From Octopus vulgaris (taxonomy: Eukaryota): DNA of 64,000 nt. The notes beneath the pieces are model-generated. The model was not told where the DNA came from, searched no databases, and saw only the letters and a list, made by a program, of their open reading frames with translations. Shown in pieces: positions 37,001-50,243 of this stretch. The position numbers and the translations under genes were made by a program. Position 1 is the first letter of the stretch. The number at the start of each line of letters is the position of its first letter. The DNA is taken from the NCBI GenBank assembly GCA_951406725.2, contig OX597817.1, positions 106,144,001-106,208,000 on the forward strand. Direction: 5' to 3'.

Positions 37001-37155
37001 ACACCCCACCAACTAGGAGAAATAATGGCCCACTCAGCTTGGACTCAGTTACAACACATATCAATTTCTAGTGACATTAGGTCGTCCGGGAGGCAAGTTT
37101 GCTTCCATTTCGACCCTAGGCCATGCACATTTATGCACCCTAACTTAAATTGCAT
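34054..37155 (-). pseudogene. Tx1-like ORF2 (APE-RT-zf), many frameshifts and stops
   Basis: MQFKLGCINVHGL; FRLVAVYAPN; LGDFN; LAKVLAKRL..QTCIIPGRLIQDNL; SAYTDDVT; CPRCGQDEETVPHALVHC. Confidence 0.88.
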
Positions 37156-37159
37156 AGAA

Positions 37160-38454
37160 AAGTATACTTACATTTTGAATTTGGGGAGAGGCTGTACGAA
37201 TTCAGCTTCCCTGCCATCCTCCTTTTTCTTCGGTGTAGCCGCTGGACTCATAATGAATTTCTTGCTGGTCATCTCTGCACCGATGTCTTTAACGTCTTCT
37301 TTATATCTTACTAAAAAGTTTGTTAAATAAACTCACCTCCATTCTGGCCATCCGAATGTGAGGTGGCAAGTCCTGATTTGCTTTGTACATTCATGCTTTG
37401 TGGTGAGCACATATAATTCATGACAAAACTTCATCGCTTTCTTTGAAAGCTACTATTTTATATTGTACTTTGGGTTGGGGTTTGGCAAAGGTTTTTGACT
37501 GGGGGTTGGTGTGGGGAGTTTTTTCTTGTGTTCCTGTGGTTGCTTTCGGTGTTTTAGTATGGGGAGGAGAGTCTGGGACTGAGGCCTTTTTTCTTTTTGT
37601 GACTTCACCACAGTAAATTGTATCTCTTCTTCTGTATGAGCTGTTTCTTGTCTTGTTGTTTTGCTTTCTTTGGGCACTTCTGTTTGTTTCTTGTTTTCTT
37701 TTTCTGTTGTTTCTTTGCATTTTGGTTGAGTTTTTTGTTGAGGAGGGGCCTTCTTCTTTTTCTCTTCACATCCCTTGCAGACATTGCCGTTTTTGCCACA
37801 CTTAAAACAGCACGGCCTACATCCCTCCACATTCACTCTCATGCTCAGCCTCTCCCCTATGAACACCCTATCGGGAAGTCCTTTGAGAATTTCCATGCTG
37901 GCTTGTACCACCATCTCAAGTGACTGGTCTTTCTAATTTTCGACCTCATTTTTCTGCATTTGCAGAATGGACATTTTTTCCTCCATGTCATACAAAATGG
38001 CCGCTGCTATTCATAAAGCATCCAGCCCGGCAGGAATTTCCTCCACTTTGATTTTTGCCGTTCTTCTGCCTAAATAAGTTGGCAGAAGAATAATGTCTGC
38101 ATTTTTCAGTGTTATCGTAGACAGGTCTTCAGCTGTACTTTCATCAGCGAATTGTGCTTCCACTGTAGAACTTTTTAAACCTCGTCCAACATATTTAATT
38201 CTATTCCAAATGGGGTGTAAACATTTTTCGATGAGTTTGCTTTTCACTGACATTCTTTTTTCTTTCAGACTGTACATCTTGTAGACGACAGTTTTGGCAG
38301 CTATATTTTGTAGTGTTTCTTGAGGAGGGAGTAACTTGGTGTCATTCCCTGTTTTCTTAATCATGTTATGATACTTGAACAGTTCCACCAAGGACACATT
38401 CAAATTTACCATGTTGCCGTCATGTTGCCGAAAAATTAGTTTTTTTCTTTTCAA
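37160..38454 (-). pseudogene. Tx1-like ORF1 (gag-like, RRM-like region, zinc knuckle, basic tail)
   Basis: ORF pieces 38011-38454 and 37453-37914 (VNVEGCRPCCFKCGKNGNVCKGC). Confidence 0.75.
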
Positions 38455-39394
38455 CCTTTTTTATACCTTGGTTTATATTCTCTGTCGCCTATTCCATCTC
38501 TGGAAATTGAAAATTGACTCCAAGTCAAAATCCATAATGAATACAAAAGTTCCTTTTATAGGACACCCAAATTTTCAAAAAATTTACTTATTAACAAAAA
38601 TATTTTTGTGCCAAAAATGTCTTTCACATAGATTTTAAACAGTATGTAATTCAAAAATAACAGTATTTTTTCCCCCGCAGGGTGAAAATTGCCCTCATCG
38701 ACATGAACAACATTCATATTGCCAATCACCAGCTAGGGAGGAAAAGTAATTTCGAACGAAAATACATATGCTTTTTCCAGGGACAAAATGTCACTGATCT
38801 CAAAAAAGGAGAAACAAGCAATAATAAATCTCTGAGTGAGATGTAAACAGTAGCAGCATGACATCGTGAAGTATATTTGCCACCTAAATAGGGCTGCCCC
38901 ATATGGGACGATGCTACTGCAGTTTATAGCCCCAGGAAGACATCTCCTCCAGCTGATCAGGCACAGACAATGTGTCATTAGCCAGCTGGATGTCTCCTGG
39001 GGCTGAATTACAGCAACATTCATCCTAAACCAGGACTGCCATGTTATGTTGGCAAACAACCTTTACTGTTGCTGAATATCTCTCATTGTGAGATTTAAAA
39101 ATAGTAATTTTCTAAAATAATTTGTGTATTATAGAAGTATAACCAATTAATTGAATAGCAACATCTTATATGAACTCTGGTTGAGAACCACTGGTTGAAA
39201 GTATAATATATATCCATGACTGCAATACACAGTAGTTCTTGCAACTGTATAGAGGTGACCAGTTTGGCTTCAGTTGAATGAGATCTGTTATACAAGTGTT
39301 GCGAAATGCTAGTGAGTTCCTAACAAGGAAATTGTGTATGGCCACTCCAGTTCAATTTCTAGTCAAAACACATTTCATTTATTTCTCATAGATA

Positions 39395-39645
39395 AAGGTA
39401 AAGTTACCCTCACAAGTCATGCCGACTCACAAGGTCTGGTTTCCTAGTTTCGTGGCATATAAATTCCCACCTGGACAGGATGCTTGTCCATCACAAGATT
39501 ATTCATTTTTGCCAGCTGAGTGAACTGGAGCAATGTGAAATGAAGTGTTTTGCTCAAGAACACAATGTGTTGCTCGGTCCAGGAATCAAAACCACAATCT
39601 TATGATCATGAGCTCAACACCCTAACCACTAAGCCATATGTTTCC
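39395..39645 (-). mobile_element. SINE family C head with alternative tail
   Basis: RC: TGGCTTAGTGGTTAGG..TTTGATTCCTGGACC..TTGAGCAAAACACTTCATTTCACATTGCTCCAGTTCACTCAGCTG. Confidence 0.8.
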
Positions 39646-39874
39646 ACATTTATTTCTCACTAGCAGTATAACCCAGCTTTGCCTGGGATTAAGTTAGGAT
39701 TATTAAGCTAATCAAGTTCTTTATTTCAAACCAAACTAAGTAACATCAACATCAAATTTGGGTGAAATCCATTGATGATGGGCAATACACACATACACAC
39801 ACACACACACACACACATACACACACATATGTATGTACACCTATTGCATACATGTTTTTGTACACATACATGTT

Positions 39875-39910
<36 letters not shown>

Positions 39911-41348
39911 AGTGTGTGTGTGTGTGTGCGTGTGTGCATGTTGCCCGTATATCAACAAAACACATTTTTCTTCGATGGAAAAAAACACAACAAAGTCTTA
40001 ACAAAAACTTACTCGTTGCTAGAAGGGGACTTAACTTCTGTTTGCAAACAATGGTGATGTCTCCCACTTGAAAATTGTTAAAAGTTTTGGTTGATAATTT
40101 ATTTTTACTGCTAATTGCTGTTTCCTCTAGGAAAAATAAGTTGACAAAAATACAGCTTGGGTCATGACAAATGTCCTCCTAAAATTGGAGCGACATGCAT
40201 GCTATTTTGTAGACATGCATAAATTACATTCACGTACACACACACACACACATCCTGCCTTTTATATATACAAATACCAACCATAGCAATCAGTTTTAAA
40301 AGATACAGGTTTGGCAAAACTAACTTGTTTTTGATATACAACAGCGAAAGAAAATATCTAGAGTGACACAATGAGACATTAATAAAAATTGTTGAATATT
40401 TGCATATTATTTCATTAAATCTTCGATATAATTTAAAATATACAAAAGTGATAGAGGTTTTTGTTTTCTAGCCAAAAATTACTTTCTCTGAGATTACTTT
40501 CTTCACACTCATCTAAAATTACACATTGAGTAATATGTTCAGGAACATATTACTATGTTCAGAAAACTATCATTTATCTAACAAACTTTCCATCACAAAC
40601 TGCCATCAATCAGGAAATCATTGTTGAGATGTGTTTTCTACTAGGTTTATTACACCAAAATCTGCTCTTCTGAAATTTCTTGTACTGTACCAATCCATTT
40701 AAAGATATCTTCAACTACTATCTCCTTTCTTAACTAGTTAATCCCTATTAAATTACCAGGATCCGTAGGACTGGCACTGAATTTCAGTTCTGGGCATCAA
40801 AAACTTTTATGTGCAATACAAGAGCTACTCACTGGGTCATGCATTTTATCAAAACATAATTCTACAGAAACAAATTATGGAGTTAATTTTTCCTGTTGAA
40901 GAATTGTGGCATAGTGGGTGATCTGCCACAAGTGAAAGGGGAAGTTAGTGGGTAATGCACTGGAAGCGAGAGGGGAAGTGACATCAGATGATAACATGAG
41001 AAATTAGAAATGTCCTTGAGTGTCCTAGATTCTGGCCGACAGTTTCGAGTAAAAAGTGTATCTGGGTCACACAGTAAGTTTTAGTTGGCAACTGAGGAGA
41101 TCTTTTTTGGAGTCATTTGCCAAAACAAAACAAGAGACTTATTTAAACTCTGCACTACATATTAGCAAACACTCATCAACTTTACAGTGCTTCCACTGCT
41201 TGCTGGGGCAAACTGTACCACTCACTATCCCTACCTAGAAATTAGGTGGACTAGTCAATGTCTTGGCTATAGACACATTACAGTGTAAATAACAGAACAT
41301 GAATTGTAAAACCTTCAATAGTTATTTCACTATCAACTTAGCCATCTA

Positions 41349-42250
41349 AGGGGGTATCAAAAAGTTCTGGAATAGTTATGTTTAATAAAAAATAACTTAT
41401 TTACCCAACTTTTAACATCATCTCCTTTGAAATAGTCACCTTGCACAGCAATATACACTGGTCTCAGCATTCCTGCCACTTTGGGAATCTGACCTGGAAG
41501 TCATTTTCCATAAACGATTTGCTCTGAATCTCGACAATGGTGTTAAAATAGTGTCCTTTGAGCTGCATTTTCATCTTGGGAAAGAGACAGAAGTTTGCAG
41601 GTGCTAAATCTAGTGAATAGGGTGGATGTGGAAGTGATACCATGTTATCTTTAGTGAGAAACTCACAAGTCAGGAAAGCTCAGTGACAGGGTGCATTGTT
41701 GTCATGAAGAATTCAATTCTTCATACTCCACAGATCCGGTCACTTTTGCTGGATGTCCTCCCCCAAATGCATCAGAACGTCACAGTAGAACTCTCAATTG
41801 ACAGTCTGGCATTGGGGAATGAATTCTCGATGCACAATATCACATTTCTGGGAGTGACATTCATGGCATGCCTTCCAGATCACTCATTGTCTTCCAGGGA
41901 TGTTCATTTGCTTTTGAAACACCTGTGCCCCTCAAAACACTGTGTGTGACCCATTGCCACATTGCTGTAAGCTTGCCGAAGCATGCTTAATGTCTCTGTA
42001 GTAGAGATCTCAAGTTTAACACAAAATTATATGCTGGCTCTTTGTTCCTGTCCCTGACAAAAATCACAGACTACAACATACACATGATCACAAAACACAA
42101 ATTTCACAACTTGCAAAGTAAAATACAGCAATGTCACTTGGCACACTACCTCATGAACGTCACCTCTAGCTCTCACTGCACAGGCAACTGTGCACTGCCA
42201 TCTATTGGTGTGCTACAAAACTAGTCTGGGAACTTTTTCATACCACCTCG
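41349..42250 (-). mobile_element. Internally deleted mariner element
   Basis: TIRs GGGGTATCAAAAAGTTCTGGAATAG / CTAGTCTGGGAACTTTTTCATACCACCTCG|TA; HDNNAPCH remnant on -. Confidence 0.75.
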
Positions 42251-42679
42251 TACACCTCTTCCTTTTTAGATACTGTAGTAAATATTAATCAATCCTTTAT
42301 TTTTAGAATTACATTTCATCATCTCTCATGATTCAAACAATTAACAAATATCAATGCTACTGACTTCACCCAATTATCTCATCATCTGATCCTGTAGTGT
42401 CAACCTGCAGATAATTTATTTATTTATTTATTTATTTATTTGAGCTCCATAAAGCCTCCATAGTTCAAAGCTGACCATGCAACTGCACTTGTATGTGCAG
42501 ACTTGCACAAATTATTTTGGGAGGAAGACTGACAACTGCTTGCCCATGCATTTTCCCCTCTCCATACCAGGAGAGGAAAAGCACTGATACAACTTGGCAT
42601 TAGTTTCGTTGCAAATATTGCTGGTAGCATGCAAAATAAAAAAAAAAGAATTAGATATTGGAAGGCATGTTGTTCAGCC

Positions 42680-42835
42680 CTCTAATGGTACCATTAATCC
42701 ACTGCCCTGAATTAGTACTTTTCATTGACCCAAAAAGCAGGAAAAGCAAAAGTGTCTTCAGTAGGATTTGAACTCAGAACAAATACTGCATGTCATTCTA
42801 TCCAACACACTAATAACTCTGCCAATTCACCAACT
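42680..42835 (-). mobile_element. SINE family B fragment
   Basis: RC of GGATTTGAACTCAGAA..CTCTGCCAATTCACC. Confidence 0.55.
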
Positions 42836-43409
42836 TGTTAGAGTTAACAAAGAAAAGTCCTGAAAAATATCTACTTTTCATTTAATTTCAGTTTATTGAA
42901 TTTTGTTCATTAACCAGACACACTTTTGCAAGAGTTACTGCACTATAAATGGCAGTCCCAGTATACAGTTTTTATTATCTAAGAATGAAGTTAAATGTAA
43001 CTAAGTCATTTCTTTAATATCATTGTAAATAAACAATTTATAGAGAGTTTACAGACAATCAATATCTTATTTCATATAATAATCATTGTCAGAAAAAGAC
43101 TATTGATTTTGGGATGCACCAACACTTTTAAATTGAGATTTGGGGTGTGTAAACACATTTAAATTGAGTTTTCATTGTAGTCACAAGAGTGATTGTAGTC
43201 TTAAGAGTGATTGCTTGATAGGACTATACAGTGACAGGAAGTTCTTTGGAAAACAGCCATAAGAGCAGACAACCTGACATTGAGTTATATATAGCTTGTT
43301 CTTAATTCTGTGAGACAATATTAAATAATTAACAATACAACTCAGTGTGTAAAGTAAGTAAAAATATTGATTTTTTTTCTTTTTTGTCTCAAAGCAAATG
43401 ATAAGGCTA

Positions 43410-44628
43410 CAAGGATGGGCTGAAAGGTTCATAGGCTGACTATGAAGGAGTTGTGCTAAAGCTGTGAAAACTTGGATGCATTAACTTCAACTCTTCTTAT
43501 TAGTAACTGCCTTGTATTTTTTCAACTGTTCAAAGACTTCAAAAGTAACTAATAGCGATTTCTCTTGAAAACGGACAAAATTTGGTATTGTTATTATCAT
43601 GTACCTTCAGTAAAAGGGTTAGCTCCTAAGGACCTTCATGCTGACATGGTTGTTACATTAAGGGATGATGCTCCAGCTTCATCAACAGAGGAAAGGTAAA
43701 CCACAAAACTTATGAGGGGAAGGGAGAGTCTTCCAACTGTCACCTCCAAAGAAAACATTGATCATGTTCACCACATGGTGATGGATGACAGGCAATTGAT
43801 TATAAATCAAATAGCCAATGGTATTAGAATATCCCATGACAGAGATGAGAATATTCTGCACAATGAACTTAGCATGATGAAGGTTTCTGCTCAGTGGGTA
43901 CCATGTCTTCTGACACCTGATCAAAAGCACACACCAGGCTGATCACATCACAGGAAAATTTGATATTGTTTGAGGCAGATTTAGCTAGTTTGCTTGAATA
44001 TTTTCTGACCCAGGTTGAATGTTGGCTTCATCACTATGAGTCAGAGATAAAGAGATAGTCCATGCAGTGGAAACAGTCCTTCTCACCTGCCCTCAAAGAA
44101 GGCTAAGGTCATTTCATTTGCAAGGAAGGGGATGGCCTCAGTTTTTCAGGAGACGAAAGGTATTGTGTTCATTGAGTATCTTGAAAAGGACCGCAATGTT
44201 ATGCCAGCTAACTGAGACAGTTATGAAAGGCTATCAAGACCAAACATCCATGAAAACTGACGAAAGAGGTCTTGATTCTCCAGGACAATGCTCCAGCTTA
44301 CAAATCCTTGGTTTCACTGGCTGTTGTGCATGACTGGCTTTGAACTGGTTGATCAGCCTCCCTATTCTCCTGATTTGGCCCCATCTGGCTATCATCTATT
44401 TCCCAAATACTTGATGGCAACCAGCATTGCAGTGATGATAACATCATATCTACTGTTGCTACTAGTTACTTTTGAAGTCTTCTTTAAACAGTCAGATGTC
44501 AGTTTACCTGAAGAAAAAAAAAACAATGCAGTTATAAATCAGAATAGTTGAAATTATTGTATGCAAGATTTCACAGCTCTAACATCACTCCTCCAAAGTC
44601 AGCCTATGAACTTTTCAGCTCACCCTTG
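43410..44628 (+). mobile_element. Degenerate mariner transposon
   Basis: TA|CAAGGATGGGCTGAAAGGTTCATAGGCTGAC..GTCAGCCTATGAACTTTTCAGCTCACCCTTG|TA; KVSAQWVPCLLT, QDNAP, PYSPDLAPSGYHLF. Confidence 0.9.
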
Positions 44629-44837
44629 TATAAATAATAGTGTGTTGATATTGGGTTAAAAGCCCCTTTGGATACAAAATGTTTACTGGAGATGCAGGGT
44701 CGAATCCCACAGACAGCCTTCAACTTTTTTTGTCCAAAGTGTTTTTTTAATCAATATATTTACATACTATTATTTGCAGCTTTATCATCTGCTTTGAGAT
44801 CCACTGTCCCAAACATGGATTATCTTTTACCTTTTTA

Positions 44838-45060
44838 CCTTTTACTTCTTTCAGTCATTTGACTGCGGCCATGCTGGAGCATTGCCTTGAAAGGATTTAG
44901 TTAAGCAAATCGACCCCAGGGTTTTTTTTAAAGCCTAGTACTTATTCTATCAGTCTTTTATGCTGAACTGCTAAGTTACAGGGATGTAAGCATACCAACG
45001 CTACTTGTCAGGCAGGTGTGTGTGTATGTGTGTGAAGATAAACACAGACACAAAGACACA

Positions 45061-45114
<54 letters not shown>

Positions 45115-45240
45115 GGCGGGCCTCTTTCAGCCTGAGACTATAGTAGAAGACACTTGTCCAAGGTTCCATGCAATGGGACTGAACCTGGAACTATGTGGTT
45201 GGGAAGCAAGTTTCTTACCACTCAGCCACATCTGCACCTG
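44838..45240 (-). mobile_element. SINE family A
   Basis: Reverse-complement homology. Confidence 0.85.
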
Positions 45241-45547
45241 TTATTATTTTTTTGTCTCCAACTTTTATGTACAGGGTGCTGTTAAACTTTTAGTTAAAAG
45301 TTCTCAGTTCTCTGTTACCATCAAAGGACTTCCCTATCAACAAATACTGTTGAATGTTGTAAATAGTATTAGAATAATAATTGAATTAAGACTGCTTTTT
45401 ACAGATGAAGAAACTAGAACTGCCAAATATGCACAGCAAATGCAGTCTTTTTTATTTTACTTCACTTTTCTTTCATTATGCACAAACACTTGGAATAAAA
45501 ATGTAAACTTTTGTGATAATTTTCTGTTTATATGTAAAAGAAAACAT

Positions 45548-45750
45548 TAAGGCAGTGAGCTAGCAGAATCATTAGCACACTGGGCGAATGCTTAGTGGCA
45601 TTTCTTCCATCTGTACATTCTGGGTTCAAAATTTGCTGAGGCTGTCTTTGCTTTTCATCTGTAAAATAAGTACTACTTTATCATGGGGGCCGATGTAATC
45701 ATCTTAACCCCCACCCCCAAATTTGCTATCCTTATGCCAAAATTTGAAAC
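45548..45750 (+). mobile_element. SINE family B
   Basis: AAGGCAGTGAGCTAGCAGAATCATTAGCAC..GGGTTCAAAATTTGCTGAGG. Confidence 0.75.
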
Positions 45751-46699
45751 TAATATGTAAAGGAAAACATATTTATCTCTGTCGGTCTTGAGTGATGATG
45801 GTGGCAGTGGTGGTGATGTTGTTGCTGTTATTTACCTTCCAATCAGCTTTGGACAAGTATACTTATGATCAAAGGTGATCTAGTCAATTTTGACTTGCCA
45901 ATTTTGTCTTTGTATGTCTGGGACTCCACTATCTAATGTGTCCTTCTATTTTTAAGATTATAGTGCCATTTGAGAAAGATTTAGATGATGTTATTTTTAA
46001 TAACAGCTTCCTTTTATTAGCTTGATAGATATAATGCTTCTTTAATATGTTTAAAAGAGCAGACAGTTTTAAATTTACAATTATCATATTTCATTAAGCT
46101 TGTCATTAAACAGATCAATCTAATTTATAAGACTTCTTTTCAATCTTATTTGAAAAATACAACAGTAAATATTGTATACATAGAATGGCTATAATTAGGT
46201 TATATTTTTCCAAGAAAATTAGAAGAACAATAGTTGTCAAAATTGTGAAATAAATTCATTACAATGTCTTATTTGACTCAAATTACACAAGTTTATTTTA
46301 TCATGATGAACTCTAATTCCACTGTATAGTAAATATTTACACCATCTTATTTCCTTGAAAAGAAAATATCTCAAATTCTTTACTTAACTCTCTGAGTGTA
46401 TCTTGTAGATATTTCCTGTTTGCATTCTTAAACTAAATACAGAAACCATCTTTTTCCTTTCCTACTGTAAACTATCCTCTAAAGCAGGCACATAAATTCT
46501 GAACAAATTAGACTTATCGTTAGTCTAGATTCTATTGCTTTGTACTCAGTTTTTATTCATTATTAGTATTCTTTTTTCTTTCGCAAACGAAAATATATTC
46601 TACACTAAATTCATTAATTTTTGTTGAATATATAGTTTATATAATATTTTAAATGCTACTTTGAACATAGTTTATTAGCTAATTCAATTCTCTGAATCA

Positions 46700-46843
46700 G
46701 GCATGGCTGTGCGGTAATAAGCTTGTTTCCCAAACATATAGTTCCAGGCTAAGTGCCACTGCATGGCACCTTGGGCAAGTGTTTCCTGCTGTAGCCTCAA
46801 GCTGACCAAAGCCTTGCAAGTGGATTTGGTTGACGGAAGCCTG

Positions 46844-46888
<45 letters not shown>

Positions 46889-47104
46889 GTGTCTGTGTTT
46901 GTCCCCCACTGCTGCTTGATAACCTGTGTTGGTGTGTTTATATCTCTATAACTTTGTGGTTTGTGCAAAAGAGACCAATAGAATAAGTACCAGGCTTTAA
47001 AAAAAGAAATTCCTGGGGTTGGATTAGTTTGACTAAAACCGTTCAAGGTGGTGCCCCAGCATGGCCCCAGTCAAATGACTGAAAGAAATAAAAGATAAAA
47101 GATA
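46700..47104 (+). mobile_element. SINE family A
   Basis: Head, body and tail homology. Confidence 0.85.
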
Positions 47105-47327
47105 AAAAAAAAAAACAATCAGTTTACATCTGTGTTTCTTTATTTTTGTCTTTGATAAAGTTTATGTAAAAGCTATTCTTAATTAGCAATTCAATCTTTG
47201 ACTTCCCAGATATTAAAATAAATTCTTCAACTTTATTTTTCTTTTTTAATCACCCACAATTTGCACTTAATCTAACTTGAACCTTTACTGTACCTCCTAT
47301 TTCTAGAACTAGTAACCATTGTCAAGG

Positions 47328-47560
47328 CACATGGCTGAGTGATTAGGCTGTTGCACTCACAATTGCTAGACCATGGGTTCAATTCCTTGACTGGGGACCA
47401 CATTGTGTTCTTGAGCAAAACACTTCTTTTCATGTTGCTCCAGTCCCCACTTTTGATCAGCGGAGAATGTTGGTCTACTCACCTAGCCAGTGGGGTGACA
47501 TCATTTGAAGGTTAAAACAGTGCAAATGCGCATTGTGGTCGGTCATGTGATCATGTGAGT
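47328..47560 (+). mobile_element. SINE family C variant
   Basis: GGCACATGGCTGAGTGATTAGG..GGGTTCAATTCC..TTCTTGAGCAAAACACTT; tail homologous to 49960-50065. Confidence 0.75.
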
Positions 47561-47584
47561 AATCATTAGGGAAAAAACATGCTT

Positions 47585-48063
47585 TCATCATCCTTCATCA
47601 TTCATTCATCCTCATTTAACATCACCTTTGTTGAGGTATATTTCCTACAGCCAGACACCCTTCCTATTGCCCACCCTGTTTCCAAGGTACTATTTCTCAT
47701 AGGCTGACTTTTTCCTGAAGACTGGAAACGAACAAGCTCATTTGCAACTATCATGCAATGTCAATACACTGGTACACACACGCACACACTTACATACATG
47801 CACACACACACACACACACACACATGCACACACATACACACACACACATACATACACACACACATACACACACACACACACTCACATACACACAAGTACA
47901 TGCAAATATATGACAGACTTTTAGTTTATGTCTACCAAATCCACTCATAAGGCTTAGGCCAGATCAGGGATTTAATACAAAACACATTCCCTAGGTGTTG
48001 CACAGTGGGACTGAACCCAAGACCATGGGGTTGAGAAGCAAGCTTCTTAACCACTGAGCCACA
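47585..48063 (-). mobile_element. SINE A2 (family A head + different body + RTE-like tail)
   Basis: Same layout as 48655-49122 and 55204-55628. Confidence 0.65.
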
Positions 48064-48259
48064 TCAAGTAAAATACACAGAAAAAAAATATTAATCTAAT
48101 TTTACAGTCACTGACTGTGATAAATCAATATTATTATCGATATTGTAATTTTTTTTAATAACATACGTGGTTAATACAATTATAATTTTTCAGACTATTA
48201 ACATCATTAATAACTTAATATCATCATCATTATCATCATCATCATTATCAACATTGTCT

Positions 48260-48640
48260 AGGTGAGGCTGTGTAGTAAGAAGCTTACTTCCCAACCACAT
48301 AGTTCAGTCCCACTCTGTGGCACTTGGAGTAAGTGTCTTCTGTTATAACCCTTAGGCCAACCAAAGCCTTGTGAGTGGATTTGACAGATGGAAACTGAAA
48401 AAAGCTCATCGTATGTGGGTGTGTGTGTGTGCGTATGTTTATCCTCTCACCACCACTTGAAAACTAGTGTTGGTGTGTTTATATCATTGTAACTTAGCAG
48501 TTCAGTGAGAGAAACCAATAGAAAAGTACCAAGCTTTTAAAAAATAAGTATTGGAGTCGATTCATTCAACTAAAAGTTATTCAAGTGGTGCCCCAGCATG
48601 GCCGCAGTCCAATGACTGAAACAAGTAAAAGATAAAAGAA
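48260..48640 (+). mobile_element. SINE family A
   Basis: Head, body and tail homology. Confidence 0.85.
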
Positions 48641-48654
48641 AAGATCATCTTCCT

Positions 48655-49122
48655 CTTCATCATTGTTACCTTAGTGTCTTTTTTTTTTTCATGGTAACAT
48701 GGGTTAGATGGAATTTGATGAGGCAGCTTTTCTACAGCCAGAAGCCCTTTCCATCAACGACCATTACCTGTTTCAAAGTAAGGTATTATTTGCCCATGGC
48801 TGGATGTGTTTTCACAGAGGGCTGGAAATGAAGGATACCACTTATATGACAGTGACACTTGTTCACATCAATCACATGATGTCAGGACAAGGAGACACAA
48901 ATACACACACACACACTCACACTTACACATGCATATGTATGCATATATATGTATATAGTCAGTGGGATTCCTTCATTTTCGATTCACCAAATCCTCTCAC
49001 AAGGCTTTGGTCAACCGAAAGTTGTAAAAGAAGACACTTGTCAAAAGAGACATAGAGTGGGATAGAATCCAAAACCCTGTGGTCAGGAAGGAAACTTCCT
49101 AAACACACAGCCCTACCTGCAC
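48655..49122 (-). mobile_element. SINE A2
   Basis: Family A head at ~48960-49122, (CA)n, GGAAATGAAGGA.AC..TGACAGTGAC body, CATGG..CATGGGTTAGATGG RTE-like tail. Confidence 0.7.
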
Positions 49123-49181
49123 CTAACATCATTAATACTTTTTCTAATTATTAACATCATTCATAATTTCAGATTTTTTTG

Positions 49182-49570
49182 TCTTTTACTTGCTTCAGTC
49201 ATTAGGCTGCGGTCATGCTGGGGCACTGCCTTGAAGAATTTGAGTCGAACTTATTGACCCCAGTACTTACTATTTTTTTGTAAAGCCTGGTACTTATCAT
49301 ATCAGTCTCTTTTAACAAACTGCTAAGTTATGGGGACATAAACACACCAACAGCGGTTGTCAAGTGGTGGATGTGGACAAAAACACACAAATACATGCAC
49401 ACACCCACCCACACACTTATAAAGAACAGGCTTCTTTTAGTTCCTGTCTACAAAGCTTTGATTGGCCTGAGGCTATAGAAGAAAACACTTGCCCATGGTG
49501 CGATGCAATAGAACTGAACCTAGAACCATGTAGTTGGGAAGCAAACTTCTTACCACATGCCATACCTGCA
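49182..49570 (-). mobile_element. SINE family A
   Basis: Reverse-complement homology. Confidence 0.85.
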
Positions 49571-49704
49571 CTTAGCAATCCTTAGAGACTCAATAATTAC
49601 ATCTACACACAGTTTGAATGGTTGATCTCTCTCATCAGGTATTTTATTCCTGGATATACTCATCATACTAAACCTGATTTGAACAAAGAGCCTTTATTTT
49701 TAAA

Positions 49705-49920
49705 CTAATCCTTTATAATATAAGCACAAGGTCTGAAATTTTGGGAGAGCAAGTAGTCATTTGCATCAACCCAAGTCCTCGACTGGTACTTATTTCATCA
49801 ACCCTGAAAGAATGAAAGACAGAGTCAACCTCAGTGATATTTGAACTCAGAATGTAAAGCCAGAAGAAACACTGTTAAGTATTTTGTCTGGCATGCAAAC
49901 AATTCTGCCAGTTCCCCTGC
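49705..49920 (-). mobile_element. SINE family B
   Basis: GACTGGTACTTATTTCATCAACCCTGAAAGAATGAAAG..TTTGAACTCAGAA..AATTCTGCCAG. Confidence 0.8.
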
Positions 49921-49959
49921 TTTAGGAATCAAGTCTATTACTATGCATGTTTTTTTTTT

Positions 49960-50243
49960 AATGACCAGGCTATCAGATGTTGCTACACATCGTTGGTCAC
50001 AATGTGCTTCACATTGTTTTAGCCTTTAAATGGTGCCACCCCACTGGCTAAGCAAGCAGGCCTACACAAGAAAGAGTGAGAGAAAGTTGTGGCGAAAGTG
50101 TACAGCAGGGATCGCCACCACCCCCTGCCAGAGCCTTGTGGAGATTTAGGTGTTTTCGTTCAATAAACACTCACAATGCCCTGTCTGAGAATCGAAACCG
50201 CAATCCTACGACCGCGAGTCGGCTGCCCTAACCACTGGGCCAT
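49960..50243 (-). mobile_element. SINE family C variant
   Basis: RC: ATGGCCCAGTGGTTAGGGCAGCCGACTCGCGGTCGTAGGATTGCGGTTTCGATTCTC (tRNA-like head). Confidence 0.8.

Larger units (their letters stand above)
33858..38722 (-). mobile_element. Tx1/L1-clade LINE with both ends, 17-bp TSD, ORF1+ORF2 pseudogenised
   Basis: TSD CAATCACCAGCTAGGGA at 33841-33857 and 38723-38739; AATAAA at 3' end; ORF1 zinc knuckle CFKCGKNGNVCKGC; ORF2 APE, RT and zf-RVT motifs. Confidence 0.92.
33625..39020 (-). mobile_element. Penelope-like partial-tandem repeat (target of the Tx1 element)
   Basis: ATCGTGAAGTATATTTGCCACCTAAAT.. at 33625 and again at 38863; inverted piece at ~38953-39020; RC of 33791-33840 has ACATA-CTGATGA-C-GGGTT..AACCC-GGATCCA-TATGT. 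Confidence 0.55.

Noticed and set aside
40529-40554. 12-bp perfect inverted repeat
   Set aside because: Short and AT-rich, with no associated feature.
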